Positions 45,201-57,900 of a stretch of DNA of 64,000 nt are shown in pieces. The notes below the pieces were generated by a model that saw nothing but the letters and a program-made list of their open reading frames with translations, ran no database searches and was not told where the DNA came from. The translations under genes were made by a program, and so were the position numbers. Origin of the DNA: Diadema antillarum (lineage: Eukaryota); the NCBI RefSeq assembly GCF_040938485.1, contig NW_027272205.1:186001-250000 (forward strand), given 5' to 3'. Position 1 is the first letter of the stretch, and each line of letters begins with the position of its first letter.

Positions 45201-48200
45201 AGAGAGAGAGATAAATGACCCTGACCACAAACCTTCTCTTCAGGTTAGCCTCTCGTCTCCTTTCCTCAAAGCGGCATAATCCCCTGAGGGTGGGGAGATA
45301 GTCCAGCGCCAGGGCGGGGTGGTTAGGGTAGACATGAAGTGGTAGGTGATCAACGGCCGCCTTGTGAAGATCTCTGTGATACAAGAGTGAAAAAAAAATT
45401 CATCTCAGTGACTATGGTATCCTTTGGAATGAACTTTTCGGGATGGACAATAGGAAGAGTATTTTCATAAAAACTACCATGGTAGTAGAGGTAAAATGTA
45501 GTTTTAATATGCCAGCTGAAAATGTTGACCTTTGCCTAAAATGTACACATAATAAGCATAAGAAATGAGTGAAAGAACGCTCTGATAACATGATTTCAAT
45601 TGGGAAAATGCAAAATATTACCGGGAAGCACCATAGCGCAATCTCAGAGCATTCCTGATCGTGGTTGCTACAAGATTTTAAAAATGAATTAGAACAATAT
45701 ATTGGGTCATAGCAGTATTCACTATGAGAGACTGAATCGCATTGGCAGTTCGTTACCGGCATGCAAATCAATACTATTGTGGGGGACCGTTTCGATCATC
45801 ATTTACTAGCAGCATCATACATACCCACCACTAAAACATTCTACCACCATGGAAACATTACGGAAAATATATTCCAACTCACCCGACTGTGGACTGCAAG
45901 TCTTTTCTTTGTAACCGAAGTGCACTGTTGCTCTCCGTCGGCGAGATATTTTGTAATATCCGACAACTGTCCTCATGCGAGAAACCACCAAGAATCCGCT
46001 CACTGCAATGCCTCCATTTTCTGCGACAGCACACCAGACTCGTTGCTTCCAGATGACAGTCGATCTCTCTCACCATGGACTCGCTTTCCTCGGAGTAAGG
46101 TCTGACATCCATGGAATTGATGTCTGTACTTCCTCCATCTTGACTGTCATCCAGCCCCGGAAACATCAGGGGTTGCCACCAGTCCTGGTTGCCATAGCGA
46201 CCGAGTCTGCATCCCTGTCTCTGCTCCTGGGGCAGCATGGTGTCGAGGACGGACATCCTGTCTGTGTGATCTGCTAGGACTTTCATCAGTCCACTTTCCA
46301 ACTTAACAGATGCCTTCTTCTGGTCGGCTGACAGAACGTCTCGGCCAGATTGGGAGGGACAAGTTCTAAGAGGATTCTGACCATCCGTCCATGAGGCTAG
46401 GAGTTGAGGTAGATTGATGTGACACAGATCCAGTCCATGCCTGCAGAATGAGTCTATAACTGATGCTCTTCGACTTGAATCATCTATGTGCTCCAAGTTC
46501 TGGAAAGACAAACAAAAATTCAGTATGACTCTCTGTCTATCTTTTAGCAACAGCCATATTCACGGCACCCTCCTCCACAATGAGAAAAGGCTGATAATAA
46601 TTTATGATGAGCACAAGGGCTGCTGCTTAACTTACGGGTTATTAACTTGTGAAACTTTTGGCAGAATAGCCCAGAGGAATGCTATATGAAGGTGACTGGA
46701 TATCTACGGAAAGAGGTACTAACCCTCTCACCTCTGACAACAATGCCAACATACCTTCAGCAACAGTAGTGTGTCTGCCACTGGTCCTGCAGCATTACCG
46801 AGTCCTAAGACACTCTCCAACAACCCACGATGCTTTGCACACAGTTTTTCGGAGTCCACGGGGGCCGCACTTTCACTCGCTCCATCTCCTTGCTGTTCCT
46901 CATGTCTGCCATTGAGCTCCACCAAGTTACAGGTCTTCTTCACAACCTCCCCTGAGCTGTCTCCCTGTGTGGCTTTATCCTTACTTGGCAGGTCTGCTCT
47001 CGACTCAGTGTTTAGTATCTCTCCATCTGAGACATTCTGAGGTTTTTCAGCATCAAAGCTAACCCCATCACCACTTGGTAAATATTTTACATCAAATTCA
47101 GAGCTCTCCTTGCAGTCCTGTTTCAGTGCATCAGCATCTTCCCTGCATGACGAACCCTCCACATTCCAGACTGCCTGGACGTTTGTTGGCATGGCAGCCG
47201 AGAGGACCCAGAACTGGAGGTTCTGCAGGCAGCGTCTCACATCGCAGTTGAAGAAGTTCACCAGAGAGGTTATATCGGACTCACTGACACACACATTTTC
47301 TGCCAGACACAGTAGCTGAAGGTGCTTTGTGAGTGAACTCTGTTCAAAGAATGCAGTGAGGAAAAAAGGTGAAGGGTAGCAGCTCAATGACAAATGCACG
47401 GTTCTATTAACACAAAAGCTGATAGATTGCAAACTCTTTGACACGACTAATTCCAAGATGTCTAAAGTAAATAATGGTGAACAAAGATTGTCCATGAGAT
47501 GGTTGGAGAAAAATCTGCCATACAGTATATACTACTAAAACTGTCTGATCAAGCATTGCACCATTGACATGTAGCCCATTTCTACATGTAAGTGCAATTA
47601 CCAGCATGTGCAACAAACAGTATCAGTCATATTTCAGAAGTCTTGAAAAATCCACTTATAAAAACTGAAAGGTTGCCAATTTAGTAGATGGTCAAAGGTG
47701 ACTGAAACCATTTCACGGTTGTTTACATTTATGTCCTTCATTCATTTCTATCTAAATTGGTTTCCTCAATCATAATGCAAAAAACACAAGGCTGTCTTGC
47801 AAAAAATCAAAAAAGTACATACAAGAGCATGTGGACACATGCATGCAAGTGTTAATTTGCAAACATGCATATCTGTACTCAACTACTTGTACACTAATAT
47901 GCAAATGCCAGATGGGTGTTGAAATGTTACACACTGTTGACACATCACAATCCATCTGCAAAGCAAAAAGCTATTTCAGTCTGTCAAACAATAACTTTCA
48001 AAAAAATTGAAGCTCAGAGATGGATTCTCCATGAAATTTTGAGAAAGATTTCTTTCAAAACACAACCTAGGCACATTTCACATGACCTGGCTTTCCCTAT
48101 ATCCCAACTTGGCACTCTTACCACTGGTGGCTTTTTGAACTTCAGTTCTTCAAATCTCCCAGGCAGTGTGTATGCAAACCGTGGATCTGTGCAAAGTGAC

Positions 48201-48882
48201 ATAAATAGAATCAAACGATTTCAGCAACAACATTCAACATACCGTATTTCCCCGAGACTGAAAAAGAAAAACCAAAAGCCATTGACAATGATTCAGGAAC
48301 TTTCAGCAGAAGAACCTGCAGCAAATTTCCCCCAACTTCAGCGACTGATTGCAAGCACACAAAGGAAATGCAACTTGCAACATGTTAACGGAATGGTACA
48401 GTTTCGGTTGAGATTGGGATTGAGGTTTCCAACGCTTTTTTGACGATGATTTTTCTTTAGATAATGAGAAACTTTTTATGAAATATGAAAGAGCATATAA
48501 TTCTAAGAAGAATTCAATGTTTGTTTGATGAAAATTGGTTTTGAAATGGCTGAGATATTCAAAACAAAGCGATCGTAATACAAGGTGGAACCCACCTTTT
48601 ATTAAGAGGCTTTGTTTTACTTTGTTTTTGGATATCTCAGCCATTTCAAAACCGATTTTCGTAAAATAAACTTTGAATTCCTCTTAGAAGTTCATGCTTT
48701 TTAACTTTTCCTAAAGTGGTTTTTAAGTATTTTGCAAAAAGTTAAAAGCTGAATTCTCACCTCAACCAATACTTTTCCATCCCTTTAACTAAACAATCTA
48801 ATAAAGACTTGCTTCAAAATACCAAAGTATGTGTATCTTCCCGCTTTGCTATTCAAAATACCAATTTGAAAGTATGTGTATC

Positions 48883-48918
<36 letters not shown>

Positions 48919-51900
48919 CTTGTTAAATATCTGTATGCCCTTATGTCTGAGGTTTGAAAGGCATGGACAGCAAAAGCAAGACATCTAATTAATTAATAAT
49001 TCAAAGACCGACATCACACAACTTGAACAATACAACTACATGTAGAAAGCTGTATGGAATTGGAAGCTCTGCTTGAGGTGATGGTGACATTTCAGTTACC
49101 TGAGGTAGTTAGGACAATTGGTCTCTTGGTGGTCTCCATGAGTGATGTGATGGCCGATAGAAAACCTTTGTCTTCATCGAATATAATATCAACCTATAGG
49201 AGAAAGACAAGAAAAGGAAGATGTGGCATTCAACCACAAATTTTCAGACCATCTGCATTTTAAAACAGGAATGCTTAATACCACATATATACCAGTAGCT
49301 TTTCTACTCCTTATCTGAGGGACAAAAAAACCCCAGAACTTTCACTATAATTTCGAAACAAGCCAAGAAATGTTTTGCTCTCTCTTCTGCTCGACCTCAA
49401 AAGAAAAAAAGAAGAAGAAATATCTCATCTCTTACTTCCCTATTATTCATCTAATTCCTTAAAATCAAAGTGACTAGGATTTAACTTCACAAAATAGTAT
49501 GTGAGAGCATCCCACGAGTTGAAATATTTGTAGATCAAGCTACTCTTTTCATGTTGTAGCCTTCATTTCTCGAAAGCTAATGCACATAAGAATTCTGTAC
49601 TTTTCTACAACAAAATCTCAAAACATTCTTTAGCCTACAGATACATAATATGATAGGTGATTACCAAACATAGCTATTTATCATGACAGGTGTGGAAATA
49701 AAAGTTCCCTATCAAATTCACAAGGTTGAGTGCTATCAACTAATAGCACGCACAAATTGCCTACCTGATTTTTTTTTTTCATTTGACCAAATGCTAAGAA
49801 AAAACAATTGAAAAATAAGAAAAAGATATTACCTCATCAAAGAGTATCAGAGATGTGGCAGTGGTCTTTGGTTTGTGGCCGAGGTCAGACGTTGGCTTGG
49901 GGCCACATAGTGTCCGCTGCTTGCTGGCCTTGGTCTGAGAGGTCAAAGGTCTCTTGGCCGGAGACTTCTTGACCAGTTTTTGGGGAGATTTCTTGACTGT
50001 CCTGTTACAATCATATTAGAATGAAGAGAAAGGAATTATATCTTGTCAGACCAATTTATACACATGTATACGTGAGCTGAAAGCCCCATAACAGTATGCT
50101 AATTCAAATACACTTCGAAAGCACCAGACCGAATTTCTAATTGACTATACAGGGAAAATATAAATCTTTGTGAGCAATAGATTTGAAAGCCAGTTGCATG
50201 AATATTCAATGCAACAGTCTACGAAGACAGAGCACTCTCAAAATTATCAAAACTGAACAGAGATATACCTGAAGTATATATCAAGCACTCATGGTGTTGA
50301 CCTCATTTTATGTCAAAAATGTATTTTTTCCTTTTCCACATCAACACTCATTCATTTCCACAATGGCAGAATACAGCAGAAATATAATACACACATGTTT
50401 CGGATACAGAAATGTGAGACACAAATCCATCGAACGCAAAGCACATACCCCAGCTTTTTGACTGGAGATCTCTTGCTGACTTTATCCCCTTTGTTGCCTG
50501 CCTTGAAGAATGCGGCAAAGGCTTTTGGGATGGCCGGTTTCTTGTTGGCAGGGACTTTCCGGTCCTGGGAGGACAGAGACTTGCTTGGTGACGACTTGAA
50601 GAGGTTGGTAGAGGAGATGCCTGGTTGCCTAGCAACCTGATGAGACTGGGTGACCTCCCCTAGCTCCATAAGGATCTGCCGTCCACTTCGACGAGAAGAT
50701 GCGTTTACCTCAAACACCTGATGTGAGGAAAGATTGATACCATGTCTTTCTACTTCATACCCCCATTCCATAGAGACTTTTTCTCACCAGTCACTCATCG
50801 GAAGCAAAGTCTTTTGCTTCCAGCCACCCATCATACTGTATTGGAGCACAGTCCGATGAATCCCACTTGTGATAGTCAACAATCAGGTCAATGTCAGACA
50901 TGTCTGACGTGATCCTCATAGACGATCTCGCCTCATTGGATCATATCCAACATGTCTGACACTGACCTGATAGTTGACCAACACAAGTTGGATTCATCAG
51001 ACTGCGATCCGATACATGTTGGCTGGTGGCTGGAAGCAAAAAAAAATTGCTTCCGAGGAGTGACCAATGAGAAGAAAAATCTCTGTGAAACTGGGGTGTC
51101 AAGTCAGAAGATTCTGCTAGGATCGAAAGCTCAGGCCCCTTTAGACTCCAAGCCATGAAGGACATGGGTGATGTCACAATATATTCACAACTTAGCCAGG
51201 TGATAAATTACAAAAAACAACATTCAATAAAGAAGACAACATAAGTTTGTACAAGAGACAAATCAGGAAAAAAAAAAAACTACCTCTACTCATCTAGAAC
51301 TACAGCAGCTTTGTGAAAAAAAAGGAAGAACTAAATAAAGATTACTATGACACAGTTCTCTCCCGTAAGAACATTAGCCCCTTACAACGGGGTTATTCTA
51401 TGCTTGCTACATTTTTACTTCACCTACTTCAAGTTGTCATGAATCAAAAGCCAGTGTCCTCACCTCAAAGCCCTGCTCCTGTGCACAGGCATAAACAAGC
51501 GACGTCTTGCCGACTCCGTGCGGTCCCACGAGGAGAGTCGTGTTGCACAGACCGTCCTCATCGTCACTGTCGTCACTGTCATCGCAGCAGAAATCCTCGT
51601 CACTGTCATCCTCCTCATCACTATCGAGTCTCTTGGATTCTGTGATAGGAAAGAGAAATGATTAGTGAGGCATATATAGATGGTAGAAGATTTTTGTCAA
51701 TGGAAAATAAACCTGTGAAATGTAAATTTTCCTAAATTTTCCTCAATCCAAAGCATTTCTATGGTGACACAGTCATATCAGGGGAGCATATTCTCAAGTT
51801 ATCAAATGTTAAATGATGTTGAGGGTCTTATTTATTGTTTTTTGCTTGTTTAAAGGGATCGTATAGTTTTGGCTGAGACCTAACTTCTCATTTCTGACAT

Positions 51901-54900
51901 TTTGTAATAATGAAATACTTCTCATGAAATATGAAAGAGCATGTAATTCCAAGAGGAATTCAATGTTTCTTTGATGGAAATTGGTTTTGACACGGCTGAG
52001 ATATTCAAAACAGAGCGATCAAATAAAAGGTGGGACCCACCTTTTATCATGATCGCTTTGTTTTACTTTGTTTTTGGATGTCTCAGCCATTCCAATACTG
52101 AATTTCATCAAATAAACTTTGAATTCCTTTAAGAATGATATGCTCTGCATTATTTTGTAAGTGGTTTCTTGGTATCTCGCAAAAAGTTAAAAGCCCAATC
52201 CTCATCTCCACCAATACTACACCATCCCTTTAATCAATCTATTGTTGCAAGAAAAAAAAAACACTTCACAATGTTTGACAAACATCTTGGCAAGCAATAA
52301 AGGCAGGACTCGGCACAATGCTGGCATGGCTCAAATATAAGATACTAAGCAGATCAAACATACAATCCTTTGCAATCAGAATGCAAACAATGCCACAAAT
52401 CAACTGACTTGTTTGTTTCTTCTTGGCCTTGCTTCCCATCCTGGACGTTTTCTCCTTCATCCTCTGGGTCTTTTTCTTCCATTCCGACAGCCAGGAGCTG
52501 AACTTCTTGCAGGCGACAGCATTGCCAATTATAGCGGATGCCGAGGTTGGCTGGTATTTGTCTGTCCACGCCATGCTGGCAAGTCTTTTGTCTGCCTGAG
52601 CTTCTGTGCAGTGAGTACAGAGTTGTCAAGGTGCAACGGTGTCATGGCAACAGATCGTCATGGTGATACTATGTCATAGTAACATATTGTCAGGGCTATA
52701 GACTGTAACCGCAGCTACCAGTATATTGCTACGGCAGATACATTGTGAATTCTTTTGTGTGTAATTTATGCTCCAAGTTGAAGAAGAAAATGTGCTTAAT
52801 CCAGAAACCAGATATATATTCAAATGAATTATTTTTGTTTCTAGTATAAGATTGCAAAATTGGGTGACGTCTGCCTTTGTGAGTTTGCGGTGAGAAAAAG
52901 GCGTTCATCCTCATGTGGCTTGCGGCTTCAGTAGATCATTTTTTGAATTACATAAATGGTACTGTTCCCGAGATGTTGAAAGTTTCAAATGTAGTGCATT
53001 CCTAGCAGAATGATCAAAATAATTTGTGATCATCATTAGATCTTGACATGAGAGAGAAAAAAACATGCTTTAACATTTCCAATACCATACAATCATAACA
53101 TTGATATGTCACTCATTACTCAAGTGATGTGTTATTGACTGTACAAATGATGTCTTGACAAAGCAAATGCAACTATGTCAGCTCTCAAATATCGGAGAGA
53201 TGCCAACACCTCTCAACACATAGCAGTTGGAGTGTATTTGCTACCTTCAGAGCTGACTTCTTTGCCATCCTCCTTTGTTGGGTCAGCATCCTGGGGGCAG
53301 GATGTAACTTTATCTTTGCTTTCATCATCTACGGCAGTCTCCATGGCAACCAGCCTCCTGCTGCTCCTCCTTGATGACCTCCGTAGACTCCGACCGCTGT
53401 CTGTCTCCCCGCTCTCATCCGTGGTCTGCGTCGCAGCAGAGTCTGCTGACACGTCTAACGATCTTCGTGCCATTTTCCGCTTGCCACTGGCACCCTCTGT
53501 ACCATCCTCTGCCTTTCGCTTCCCCCTCACAGTCCTGGCTTCTTTAGTCTCTTGTCCATCTTGCGCTGTTTATTATGCCAATGAAAAAGACAAAAAGAAC
53601 ATATGATCTCATGAATTTACGTCAGCAATGTACCAAATCTGTGTTTTTTTAATTTCTTACAAAATAAGCAATATGACGTGCGACAAAAGAAACACTCAGT
53701 GTACATGTGTACACCACAACACATGAAACTGAGTGAACAATAAAATAACATACCGTATTCTGCGGCGATAAGGCCACACTAATTTTCACAGAAAAGAAGC
53801 AATACACTTGGGCTGCGGCCTATTTGCCAGCACAACCATATCATGGCCAGTTCAACCTAGAGAATAGAATGCTGAATCAACACACAGGGACTATGCAATG
53901 TGCTAATGAGCAAATCGATATCATACAATGAATCAATCTGTCATATAGACAGCGCTATGTTTCGCAATCAAATGACAACTTTTTATGGTCATCACCTACT
54001 GTCTGCGGTTGTTTCCGTGCCAAATTTTGGGTAGCATGAACATGTTGCTTAACAGAGCCGTCCTGGCCACAGCATTACAATAACCTGTCTTGCATGCACC
54101 ACAACATTACACAATGATCACAGCTCTACCTCAAAAATTCTTTTTCAGACTTACCATGTTTGTCCTCTTGTGTATTTTTCAGCTTCTCACCAGACTTCTT
54201 GGCCTGGTACATCTTAAATATCCTCTGAACTGGAAACTTGGGGTTGGTCTTGAGGATGTCATCCAGAAAAGCCTTCTTTTCTGCCTCCCCCAGTGGAGGG
54301 TGTCCATGGAAACCCTACAATGGAGACGATATTTGGAAAGAGCAGAAACAGAAAAAAGTGTGTAGAATAAGTACCAATGACAAAAGTTAAAGTAAGTCTG
54401 AGAATGCATCAAAATAGAAAGTAAAGAGCAGCACATGCACATGCTAATTGACCAGCAGTACCTAAATGTCATATCAAGCTCCACCATGTATGGGTACCTT
54501 CACAAATATACAGAAATCCTACATATCAATTTGTTTTGGAATAATGCCACTGCTAGATGTTCTTTACGTGGCAAAGAGATAGTCAATGCGACTTAAAAGA
54601 ACTTAAGGTCTTGTTGAAGACATGTAGCTGAATACAGTCAACTTCGGATACCTCAAATTCGTCGGGACTGAAGAAAATGGTTCGAGGTACGTGAAATTCG
54701 AGGTACGCGAAATTCGAGGTACGCGTGCGTTGGTCAAATTTTCTTCGACTTATCCGACGTTTATCGATGTTCAACATGGTATCTGTTATAGTGCCTACCG
54801 ATTGTTTGCATGCTTGTCAATTGGAATTGAATTGACTTTTATATGAATGAATTGAATGAAAATCGGAATTGAAATCAAAATTTCAGAAATGAAGATTTTG

Positions 54901-57900
54901 GTGGCCCTATTGCGCCACCAAAAAAAGTCGGATGTTTACCTTTACTTTTGAAAATGAACAGCGGTAACAATCCGCTCTGTAAGATACTGAAATAAATGTC
55001 GGATGTTTGCTCATACTTTTGGAAATGAAAAACGATAAGACTCAGCTCCGTATGGTGCTAAAACTAATGTCAGATATTTGATTTTGCGTTCGGAAATGAA
55101 CAAGGATAACATTCGGCTCCGGAAGACGCTGAAATAAATGTCGAATATTTGCTTTGACGTTTGGAAATGAAAAACAATATTCAACTCCGTACGATGGGTA
55201 GATAAGTGTCGGATGTTTCCTTATACTTTCGAAAGGAAATAGCAATAACATTCGGCTTCGGAAGATGCTAAAATAAATGTCAGATGATCGCTTTTATGTT
55301 TGATTAATGTTTGATGTTTGCTTTGACGTTCGGAAATGTGTAACAATAACATTAAACTCCTTACGATGATAAAATAAATGCTGGATGTTTGCTTTTACGT
55401 TCGAAAGTAAATGGCAATAACATTCAGCTCCGGAAGATGCTAAAATACATCTCGAATGATTGCTTTTACGGTTGGCATGTTTGGAAGTGAATAGCAGTAA
55501 CATTCTGCCCCATATGATGCTAAAAAAATAATGGATATTTGCTATTACATTTCAAAATGAATAACAGTAACATTCAGCTACGTTTGATGGTAAAATAAAC
55601 GTCTGATGTCAGCTTCGACGTTCAAAAATGAAAAACAGCAACATTCAGCTCCGTACGATGATAAAATAATTGTCAGATGATTCATTTCACTTTCGGAAGT
55701 GGACAGCAGTAACTTCGTTACATTCGGCTCCGTATACGATGATAAAATAAATGTATGTTTGAAATGAATAACGGTAATATTCTGCTTCGTACGATGCAAA
55801 AATAAATGACAGATTGTTGCTTTCACATTGGGAATGATTAACGGTATCAATCCGCTTAGTTAGATGCTGAAACAAATAGCGGATGTTTGCTTTCACGTTT
55901 GGAAATGGATAAGGATAGCATTCAGCTCCGTAAGATGCTAAAATGAATGTCGGTTGTTTGCTTTTACATTTAAAAATGATTAATGGTAATATTCGGCTCC
56001 GTAAGGTGCTAACAGACTAATAAATGTCGGATGATTGCTTTTACAATAACAAATGAATAACGGTAACTTTCGGCTCTTTACAATGCTAAAACAAATGTCG
56101 GCAAATGCTCCCACTTTTTCATTTCAAACGTAAGTTTTGACCTCCTAAATATATAGGCATCAATTTTTATAATAATCTATACGCCTATTTGCTAAATCTT
56201 AAAACACAGAATAAGATGATTGGATTTTCTATTCATTTGTTTTAGACATGGGCATCTGTATCACTTTAATGATGCTTAATATTCACTTTTCTTTGTTTAG
56301 TAGGACCGATTTGGTTTTTCTAATGTTTTTCTCCATTTTTTTTGTGTGTGTGTGTGTGTGTGTCGCCAGATTTTAATTTGGAGTAAATACGACCACCAAG
56401 AAATACAAATCAGTGATACTGGTGGATAGTGTGGAGCCCTGTCTATTCTATATTTTATTATGCTCGGCCTATACTTCCACATCATATTCCACAATATTTT
56501 CATAATCTCATTAAAAAAAAATCAGTGCTTGCGTTTTCGGGGAAGAATACATGAAACATACTTCATGAAAGGCAAAAAAAAAAAAAGTTAACCCGTTCCT
56601 TACGGGAACCTGGTTCCCGTGGGAGCAACTGATATACGGGAACCTGGTTTACCAGGTTCCCAAAATGAAGACAAGGGTGCCTGCTTCAGTGGCCTAAATT
56701 CATGTTTCTTTGTGTTAAAATGCTCAGAAAAGTGGGTTTGATAAAAAGATCAGAGTTTATTCTATCAGGATTTGTTCTCCTGCTGTTTAAAAAAAAGGGG
56801 GTTTTACAGTATTATGTACCTTTTCCTGATTTAGTTGTTTGCTTGTTCTGCTGTAAACTCGTACGAACATGTACATAATGATCAAGGCTGAGATCAGTTA
56901 GAAATGCAGGTTCGCTGACCCCAGTCACCTCATTCAGGTACCTGGTTTTGTGTAGAACAAAAGATTCTGAGAGCTCATCAGCGCACGCTCTATTCATACC
57001 TCGCACCCGATCGATATTTCCATTCTTCACGGGCACATGTAGTTGACTGTAGAAAGGGGGACACAATGAACCGCTTGACTGCCTTCACACAGCTGGATTA
57101 CCAACCTGTGTGCCTCTCTGTCAACGGGCGAAAAGAATCTCGTTTGGGGGCATTAAAGGCACTCAGAGAATTGCGGAAGGAACGGGTTAAAAAAGGTGCT
57201 ACGCAGGAGATTGATGTTTGGACAGTGGACAGTGATTAATGCAAAGAGATTTTCCCAAGTGGTGGGGAGGAGAAAAATCTCTTTGGATTAATGCCAAAGA
57301 TGTAACTGTCAACACCTTCGCAGGCGCGCCACGACGGTTAAGAAATCTACACGCACGGCATGACTATCATGATCAAGAATTAAAACACAGTGGTTAAAGA
57401 AAAGAAGATGATGGGGCAGAGCGTAGTGCTATCGTAAGCACTCCATTGGCAAGGGTGATATGTGCATACCGTATACGTGTGTAGATAGGTGTTGGGGATT
57501 TTTCTTGCCAGCTGTGTACCGGGTATTTCTTTGGAGCGCGATTGTTTTGGTCGGGAATATTTACTGTCGAGTGTGAAAAGATTTTTGACATGTCTTCTTC
57601 GCATTCCATGCGCGCTTAATCGGAGATGCTGAGTGATGTTTGCAATTTCGATTCGAGCTACATGCTGGGAAAAACAATAAGTTAAATAAGATCAGGACAG
57701 TAGATTTCACTTCGAGGTAACCGAACTTCGAGTTATTTTCTTCGAGCTACGCAAATTTTAATACACGGAAACTCCATAGGAACAATCGGGACTTTCATTT
57801 TGCCCCCGAGGTAAGTGATATTTGGCTTATCCGACGTCGAGGTATCCGAAGTTGACTGTATGTCCTCCCAATGTAAACTTGCTCTTAGGCTGTCAGGCAT

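Larger units (their letters stand above)
54635..57858. mobile_element. Non-autonomous Tc1/mariner (pogo/Tigger-like) element filling ATAD5 intron 5
   Basis: Perfect 20-bp TIR CAGTCAACTTCGGATACCTC / GAGGTATCCGAAGTTGACTG; TA on both sides (54633-54634, 57859-57860); subterminal TTCGAG repeats at both ends; no transposase ORF. Confidence 0.85.

Noticed and set aside
24648-48918. Long G/C homopolymers (about 24648-24678, 25288-25320, 48884-48918) as G-quadruplex elements
   Set aside because: Mostly parts of repeat families; homopolymer lengths are unreliable in assemblies, so no functional claim can be supported.
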